DNA of 64,000 nucleotides from NCBI GenBank assembly GCA_000165345.1, contig CM000433.1, positions 608,001 to 672,000 of the forward strand, read 5' to 3'. Shown piece by piece: positions 56,419 to 64,000 of this stretch (position 1 is its first letter; each line of letters starts with the position of its first letter). The notes under the pieces were generated by a model. It saw only the letters and a program-made list of their open reading frames with translations, ran no database searches and was not told where the DNA came from. The position numbers and the translations under genes were made by a program.

Positions 56419-58164
56419 TTACTTTTTAACCTTTGAATTTTTATAATTACTACTACTCTTTATTTGTGCATGATTTTTCTCCTTTACATGAGCAAATAAC
56501 TTATTTCTGGATTCAAAAACTTGGTTACATACTAAACATTTCCACATTAATTCTTTACTATTGTTGTTATTGTTATTGCTATTAGTATTTCCTTTTACAG
56601 TTTTATCTCCTTTCTTCTTTCCTTTTGATTTTTTACTAGTCATTGCTGATCCTCCCTCAGATTCTAAGTTTGCAGAATCTTCGAAATCATCAAATAGTAG
56701 CTTATTTTTTCCTTTAGTCCCTTTTCTATTCAAACTATCCATCATTTCTGTAATTTTTTCCACGCTGATATCTTCTTCTTCCTCATCCTCATCTTCATCC
56801 TCCTCTTTTTTCTCTTCAATTTCGCAATGATTTTCACTTTCGTATTCTTCCCCTCTCAGCTTTTGTTGTTTGTGTTTCTTCTTTTGATTCTGCTTCTGTT
56901 TCTGTTTCAAATCATTTTTATCCAAGAAACGTTCTTTTTCATCTTCTGACTCTAATTCTGAAAAAATAAATGTGTCTTCACCTTTTCCAAAATCCATAGG
57001 ATCAGATTCTGGATGATTATCATCTGTTTCTTCTGAACTATCAACCTTATTGTTAATCAATAAATTATACTTTTCAGGGTCTTTCTTCTTCAACTCATTA
57101 AGCTTTGATACATGTTTCTTACTATTGATATGTGAATTATACTGTTGTTTACTTTTAAAGGTTTTATTACACAATTTACAAGAGTAAATAACAGTCTCAT
57201 AAGATTTAATATCTTGATCACTTTCTTGAACATAATCATCCCCATATAACTCCCTTCTCTCAGCCTCCAACTCCTCCATTCTCTTAATCTCTTCAATTCT
57301 TGCCTCCTCTCTAGCTCTTCTTCTAACCTCTTCCTCCATTTTTTTTTGCATTTCTTTTTCCTTTTGTAATTTAATCATTTGCTCAGATTTATTTCTCATA
57401 TATGAAACAACTCTTGGATCTCTCTTCTTTACATATTCGGTAAGCTTCCTAATTGTTTCATTATACTCCTTTCTTCCTTTTTTTCTCTCCTTAATATTCT
57501 CAGTTTCCATTGCTCTTCTTATTTGTCTATTTTGAGCCTGATTTAAATTCCATAAATCTTTCCAAGAAAATGTACGTGTAGATGAAAAATTACTCCAAAA
57601 CCTATAGAATTCCATTACAGTATCTAAATTTGTTTTACTATCTCCAAATCTGTTCGCATTCTTCCAAAATGTATATTCTTTTGAATCTTTTGATAAATAC
57701 TTCATTTCCTCCTCTATAATATCCTCAAATAATTTCTTATAAACTGTATAAAATCCATCTTTTTCATCATTAAAATCACCAAATACGTCTCTTGAAAAAT
57801 ACTGCCATAAATTTATTTCTGATGGGTCATAATTTGGATCATCTTCATTGTATGCCCCTGAACTACTTTCTGATAAAATCTGCTTTCTATGAGAGTCATA
57901 CCAAGCTCTTTCATTTGGATCACTTAGAACTTCATAAGCTGCTGCTATTAATTGAAATCTATGAGTTGCTTCCTCTATATTATTTCTATTCTTATCAGGA
58001 TGCCATTTTAATGATAACTGTTTATAAGCTTGACGAATCTCATCGAATGTTGCCTTATAATCCACCTGTAAAATTGAATAGTGACACTCTTTCATTACTA
58101 TAAATCTTTCAAAACCATTTCTTTTCCAAAATTTAATCACTATTACTGACTTTAATGCTGTCAA
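56419..58164 (-). CDS. J-domain protein with C2H2 (U1/matrin-type) zinc fingers, Jjj1 / DNAJC21-like ribosome-biogenesis co-chaperone
   Basis: J domain YSILQVDYKATFDEIRQAYKQLSLKWHPDKNRNNIEEATHRFQLIAAAYEVLSDPNERAWYD contains the HPD tripeptide. Central and C-terminal C2H2 fingers are YSCKLCNKTFKSKQQYNSHINSKKH and WKCLVCNQVFESRNKLFAHVKEKNH. A lysine/glutamate-rich charged middle is present. The true start is probably the Met immediately before the J domain (~58097), not the first ATG of the ORF. Confidence 0.75.
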   Translation of the reverse strand: MTALKSVIVIKFWKRNGFERFIVMKECHYSILQVDYKATFDEIRQAYKQLSLKWHPDKNRNNIEEATHRFQLIAAAYEVLSDPNERAWYDSHRKQILSESSSGAYNEDDPNYDPSEINLWQYFSRDVFGDFNDEKDGFYTVYKKLFEDIIEEEMKYLSKDSKEYTFWKNANRFGDSKTNLDTVMEFYRFWSNFSSTRTFSWKDLWNLNQAQNRQIRRAMETENIKERKKGRKEYNETIRKLTEYVKKRDPRVVSYMRNKSEQMIKLQKEKEMQKKMEEEVRRRAREEARIEEIKRMEELEAERRELYGDDYVQESDQDIKSYETVIYSCKLCNKTFKSKQQYNSHINSKKHVSKLNELKKKDPEKYNLLINNKVDSSEETDDNHPESDPMDFGKGEDTFIFSELESEDEKERFLDKNDLKQKQKQNQKKKHKQQKLRGEEYESENHCEIEEKKEEDEDEDEEEEDISVEKITEMMDSLNRKGTKGKNKLLFDDFEDSANLESEGGSAMTSKKSKGKKKGDKTVKGNTNSNNNNNNSKELMWKCLVCNQVFESRNKLFAHVKEKNHAQIKSSSNYKNSKVKK

Positions 58165-58472
58165 ATTCCAATTCCCGCCATAACTTTAAGTAATTAATGA
58201 CAGTATTTTCAAAAAAATTTTTTTTAGTAATAATCTGCTCGGAATTATAAAGTTCTAAAAATAAACCAACTCAAATTCATATATTAATTTTTTTAATTGC
58301 TTCATTATAGTGAGAATTCTTTTAATTTGTTATTATTTCTTTCATATATTAAAAAAACAAAATTCTACTAAATTCATTCCATTCTATTATAACAATATTT
58401 AATATTAGATAAAATAAATATTAACTATTTAAAATATTATTTGAATCATTTTTTTTTAAACTATTGCAATTT

Positions 58473-58535
58473 CATGTGGACGCATGTAATGCATGTCAGT
58501 ATAAAAACAATTATTGCAAAGTTTCTATACCGGTA
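58473..58535. promoter_or_regulatory. Second copy of the composite module (catgtggacgcat + gcatgtc + ctataccggta) in the Jjj1 / Brr2 divergent intergenic
   Basis: The 13-mer catgtggacgcat (58473-58485) is identical to 47870-47882. The 11-mer ctataccggta (58525-58535) is identical to 47850-47860. Confidence 0.5.
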
Positions 58536-58855
58536 AAATAAAGTTACGAAATGATTAATACCCTCAAAAGCCCGGTAAAAAAATGACAATTTCCACGTAT
58601 AGTATAATATAAAAATATTTATTTTTTTAATTATTTTTAAAAATAATTTTAAAAAATTGTTTCTTAAAGCTTGGAAGTTATTTTAATAGTTAGAATTAAT
58701 GCTAAGAAATACTTGAACCAGACCCATCAAACTATTAAAAGTTTAGGTGTTTTTTTTTTTAAAGGTTTACTTTATTTTCATTATTGATTTAATCGGAGAC
58801 GTATATAACGTAAGCTTTAATTTATTGATTGCTATATAAATATTATGTCAAAAAA

Positions 58856-61800
58856 ATGGCTGACGATTATGAAATGTCCAAGAGATTTGGATATAAAGCT
58901 AATAGTAATTTGGTAATTCAAACTAGTCAAAGAAGCAGAGAAAATGTACCAACAGGAGAAGCAGAGAGTTTGGCTGGGAGGATTAAGTATAAGATGGGAG
59001 ATTTGGCTAATAAACGAGCGAAACCTAAAATCAAAGAGAAGAAACATGTTAAAAAAAAATCAAACAGAAGCATTGTTAATGAAAATGACTCGGGTAATAT
59101 CTTAGATTTAGATCTTCGAAGTGCAGGAAACTCCTATACTCCAACTACAATGGAAACAAGACTTGCTTATGATGAGTTATTAGGGATTTTGACAGATATT
59201 CTAGGGTCTCAACCAAGCAAAATATTGGAAGATACAGCTTTTGAATTGCTTATAGTTCTTAAAAACGATGAATTGAGAGATGAGGAAAAATATAAGAAGT
59301 GCAAGGAGATAATTATTCAGCTAAATAATACAACATATAGTGATATATTAGATAAAAGCAGGAGAATTGTTGACTTTACTTTAAATATGGAAGAGATGGA
59401 TGATTCTCAAAATAAGCAAACTGAGGAAGCTTCTGAAGTTGCGGTAATTTTTGATGAAAGTGATTCTGAGAAAAGAAAAGGTGAACTTTCTGATGGAGAT
59501 GATGACAGTGAAAACGATAGTGATACTAGTGAAAGTGATGATGAAGAGGATAACGATTATGATGATGATAATGAATACTACGAAGAATATGAAAACGATG
59601 TCACTTTGGAAATTGGAAAGGACGAGGCTGAGAATTATCTCAATGATGAGAATTATAGTCGTGATAATGATTATAATGAGAATCATGAGCATTCAGGATA
59701 TATTCGATTAAAGAACAAGGATGAATACCTAAAGGAAAATGAAGATCCCGATATTATTGAGATTAGGAAATTGGATGCTTATTGGCTACAAAGAGAGCTA
59801 TATTCACTTTTTCAAGATGCAGATAAATCCTTGGATATGGAAAAGGAGATCATTTCTATTTTGAATTTAGAGGATGATCAAGAGTGTGAGAATTCTCTTG
59901 TTATGATGTTTAATTACGAGCATTTTAATTGGATTAAGAAAGTCTTAAAAAATAGATGGAGTATATATTTTTGTACAATACTTGGTCAGGCACCTTCAGA
60001 TTCTGAAAGGGAAAAGATTATAGATAGAATGAGAAATCATCAAAAAGGATCAGAAGTCTTAGATTTATTTAGTAAGCCTTCATTATGGAAAAACAAGGAT
60101 TCTGATTTTTTTAAATCAATTAATAAGTATATTGAGGAGACTACGGGTGTTATGACTGGTTTAGATGATGAAGATAAGAATCTAATAACTTCTAGAAAAC
60201 CTCATGGAAAACTTTTAGATCTTGAGAGAATATATCAAGAACAGAGTTTGAATTTAAATTTAAGCACAAAAGTAGTACTTCCTCAAGGATCTGAACGTAT
60301 AGAAAATGCTGATTATGATTCTATTACTATTCCTCCATCAAAAAGACAAATTAAGGAAAAGCAAAGATTAATTTCTATTGAAGAGCTTCCAGAGTGGAGT
60401 AGGGAATGCTTTAGATGTGTATCAGTATCATATTTGAATGAAATTCAAAGTAGAGTTTTTGAGACAGCTTTTAAAGATTTTGAAGAAAATTTGTTAGTTT
60501 GTGCTCCAACAGGATCAGGTAAGACTAACATTGCTATGCTTTGCATTTTGAATATAATTTCACAATTTATTGAGCCTCAAAATAATGGAAAATTTACATT
60601 GGACACTTCTAAATTCAAAATTGTATATGTATCACCAATGAAAGCTTTGGTATCGGAACAAGTTGAATCCTTAAGAATTCGACTAAGACCTCTTGGGATT
60701 CTAGTAAATGAGATGACAGGCGATACACGAATTAGTAGATCACTTATGGAAATGACCCAAGTATTCATTACTACACCAGAAAAATTTGATGTTGTCACTA
60801 GAAAATCTACTGATGGTCTTTCTGAAAAACTTAAGTTAATCATATTTGATGAAGTTCATATGTTACACGACTCCAGGGGATCAGTATTGGAAGGAATTGT
60901 TGCAAGATTTAAGAAAAGTTTTACAAGATTAGTGGGATTGTCAGCAACATTACCCAATTTTATAGATGTTGCAGAATTCCTAAATGTTAATCCAAAAAGA
61001 GGTCTTTATCATTTTGGTCCAGAATTCAGACCTGTTCCTCTTTTACAAACATTTATTGGTATTAAAGCAAAGAAGGGGTTCAAGAAGTTGCAATTAATGA
61101 ATAGCCTTGTATATGATACAGTAATTAAAGATATAACAAATCATCAAATTTTGGTTTTTGTCCATTCCAGAAAAGATACAATTCATACTGCAAAATACAT
61201 TAGAGATACTGCAACAGAAAATGGAATGCTTAATTTGTTCTTTTCTGGAAACAATAATGTTTCTAGAGAAATTATTTTGGATGAAGTTAATAATATCAAA
61301 TCGAATAATCTTAAAGAAATATTACCTTGTGGAATTGGTATTCATCATGCAGGATTAGTAAGATCTGATAGAAAAGTAGTTGAAGACTTATTTTCTGATG
61401 GACATATTAAAGTTCTTGTTACCACAGCAACTTTAGCTTGGGGTGTAAATTTACCAGCTCATACTGTAATTATTAAAGGGACTCAAATTTATCAACCAGA
61501 AAGGGGAGAATGGACAGAACTTTCACCTTTGGATATGTTACAAATGATTGGAAGAGGAGGTAGGCCTCAATACGATAATAACGGCCATGGAGTTGTTATA
61601 ACAGATTTTGATCATTTAACTTATTATCTTTCTTTGTTGAATCAACAGCTCAATATAGAATCTCAATTAATTCCAAAATTACCAGATCTTATTAATGCTG
61701 AGATATCTCTTGGTAATGTTCAAAATAAAAGAGATGCTCTTGATTGGATTAAAAAGACTTTCTTGTACATTCGAATAATTAGAAATCCAAGTTTGTATGG

Positions 61801-64000
61801 TCTTGATATTGATGAAATTATTGACAAATCCAGACAAGATAAGGATTTAGTTGCTGAAAATAAGGATGCTTTAGAAGAAGAAAGAGATCTAGCATTCAAG
61901 AATGCAGTTGAGTCTTATTTAATAAAATTGGTAGAAACAGCTCTTGATAGATTAGAGACTTGCAAGCTGATTCAATACAACCATAAAGATGGACATGTTG
62001 GATCATTAATGCTTGGAAGAATTTCCTCTCATTTCTATTTATCACCAGAAACAATTCAAGATCTTGATAAGCAATTACTTCCAAATTTATCTGAAATTCA
62101 ACTTTTTAGATTATTTTCAACTTGTAAAGAATTCAAATTTCTTCTTGTTAGAAATGAAGAAAAGATTGAATTGGAGAAGTTGGTGGATAAAGTTCCGATA
62201 CCTATACAAGGAGTGGGATCCAGCAATGTTGATGGTAATGATAATATTGGCAATATGGTTGATCTTGATACTTTTACTAAAGTTAATGTTTTACTTCAAC
62301 TTTATATAACAGGGTCAAGATGGATTAATGCAAAACTAACTCTTCTCTCTGATCTTCACTTTATTGCTCAATCTGCTCCAAGAATATTCAGAGCTATTTT
62401 TAACTTGGCTATTAAAAGAAGGTGGTCAACGTTGGCTAGAAGATCACTTAAGATTGCAACAGTAAGTTAAAATAGTGAATGAATTATTAACCTGATGTAA
62501 ATTATGTTAATAATATGATGATAAAACGTTTAAAATTCTTGTCACTACCATTGAAATATTCATATTATTATATGAATTTTGAAAATAAATAAACGTAAAA
62601 ATCTGATTAATCAAATTTATCATATTTTCTGAATGGTTTAATAATTTATCACAATAATTCTTTCCTTAATTAATCTATTTTTTAGATGATAGAAAGAAGA
62701 TCTTGGGAGGCTATGCTACCTTTAAGACAATTTAAAGGTATTTCCGAAGAAGTTGTTAAAAGATTAGAAAAGAAAGACATTAACTGGAATACTTACTACA
62801 GCTTTACCAGTAATCAATTGGGTGAAATGCTCAAATCTTCTAAATTAGGTAAGTTTTTTCAATTTTGCTAATTCCACATCTTTTGCATTATTTCCAATAT
62901 AATTTAATAATTAATATTGGAACAGTTTCCCGCCAAATTTTGCATGAAAATGAATTTTGTAAAGATGATGACAAAAAAAAAACAAAATGACAAGCATATG
63001 TCTGAAAGACATAAATTTAAAAATCATGGTGAAATTGATTGATTAGTTATTGAAGTGTTGCCAGTACTTCTTGATTAAAGATGGAAAGCTGCGTTTTCAA
63101 TAGCAATGAAGTAATTTAATCATGATTTTTATTTTTTTATATTGATGTTAAAGTTTTTTTATATTGGTCTGATTTATTCAAATTAACTCTTTGCATGCAG
63201 TTATAAATTTATTTAGGCGGGAAAGCTTTATGCAGTATGTGGGATAGTTAAAAGGTTAATAAGAAATTACTAATTATTTAAAATAGGTCCCGTTTTATAT
63301 AATTTGATAAGAAAAATACCAAGATTGGAGATATCTGGAAATATCTTCCCAATTGACTCGAAAATTTTACAGCTAGATTTGGTTATTAAATCTAATTTTA
63401 TATGGGATAATAAGATTCATGGTCAATCAATGACAGGAGATATTAATACAGATGAAATAAATACTGGCGAAACATTCTGGATTCTAATAGAAGATTCTGA
63501 TGGTGAATATTTATATCTCTCTGACATGATAGTAGTAAGACCATCATTGAATGAGATTTCCAATAATAAAAATGAAAATGAAATATTTATGCAAGATGAA
63601 TATTATTTAAGTTACCAGATATTCTTAGAAAAGAAAGGTGTAAGAAAAAATTATGACCAAGACGATGTAATTCCCCCATTTATATTTGTAAGGGCTATTG
63701 CTGATAAATGGTTGCATTCAGAAACGAGTATTTCTGTACCAGTTGAGAATAAAGTAATATTACCAAATATCCAATATGAAAATACTGAATTATTAGATTT
63801 ACAACCAATTAGAGTAAAAAAAGCATTTTCTGAATCTGGATTTGAGGTGTATTTGAGGAGGATGTTTAGTATTGGAGATAATGATAAAGAATTTGATCAT
63901 CAAAGCTATGATTCATTAAAATTAAATGGCCTTCAGACACAATTGTTTAATTTGATTTACAATTCAGATAAAAGCTTTTATTTATCATCACCTCCTGGAA
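58856..64000 (+). CDS. BRR2: Brr2 / SNRNP200 U5 snRNP spliceosomal RNA helicase (5' portion; continues beyond the window), 3 or more exons
   Basis: N-terminus [27 protein letters not shown] (compare human [25 protein letters not shown]). First helicase cassette: LVCAPTGSGKTNIAMLCIL, FDEVHMLHDSRGSVLE, ...IHHAGLVRSDRKVVEDLFSDGHIKVLVTTATLAWGVNLPAHTVIIKGTQIY...MIGRGGRPQYD, and the Sec63 module RISSHFYLSPETIQ. Exons in the window are 58856-62461, 62686-62848 and 63287-64000. The splice junctions restore colinearity with the human sequence (...LKIAT|MIERRSWEAMLPLRQF...KLG|PVLYNLIRKIPRLEISGNIFPI...). Confidence 0.85.

Noticed and set aside
1-64000. Search for tRNA, rRNA, snRNA genes and for prokaryote-style defence or mobile systems (CRISPR arrays, integrases, transposase inverted repeats)
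   Set aside because: No GTTCGA-type T-loop with cloverleaf-compatible flanks, no rDNA-like GC-rich blocks, no direct-repeat/spacer arrays, and no terminal inverted repeats flanking ORFs were seen. All sizeable ORFs are eukaryotic housekeeping or lineage-specific proteins, so the novel-system hypothesis is not supported for this window.

Overview
This 64-kb window is AT-rich (about 70-75% A+T) eukaryotic chromosomal DNA, densely packed with long, mostly intronless ORFs. Intergenic regions are short, and canonical GT-AG introns have GTAAGT-type donors. Intergenic regions carry many copies of the E2F-like motif TTTGGCGCCAAA / GGCGGGAAA and of GCATGC(A) boxes. Together these features point to a Cryptosporidium-like apicomplexan genome. 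This is an inference from composition and motifs, not a database hit. I can support about 22 protein-coding genes and no tRNA or rRNA genes.

The calls are:
- a WH2-motif protein and an acidic protein of unknown function
- a divergent Arf-like GTPase
- ribosomal protein eS10
- a katanin/fidgetin-type AAA ATPase
- ADF/cofilin
- a Ulp1 SUMO protease
- a small Cys-rich secreted-type protein
- a giant VPS13-like chorein-N protein of about 5000 aa, spanning 15111-30108 and interrupted by a run of ambiguous N bases
- a 5-exon DHH phosphoesterase (PPX1/prune-like)
- an RS-repeat protein and a coiled-coil protein with EAENG repeats
- a CCCH zinc-finger protein
- Clp1
- a PP2C phosphatase
- a bacterial-type GH13 alpha-amylase
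- a 3-exon ERCC6/CSB-like SNF2 ATPase
- a Pol5/MYBBP1A-like protein
- an FHA protein
- a Jjj1/DNAJC21-like J protein
- the 5' two-thirds of Brr2, with two introns

There is no prokaryotic-style defence or mobile system here. The most interesting unexplained signals are listed below.
- A composite motif, CATGTGGACGCAT plus CTATACCGGTA, recurs at several promoters and once deep inside the giant CDS.
- A secreted-looking protein ends in a near-consensus WH2 actin-binding motif.
- Promoter-type motifs sit inside a 438-bp Brr2 intron.
- Three intron-containing genes cluster in a genome that is otherwise intron-poor.
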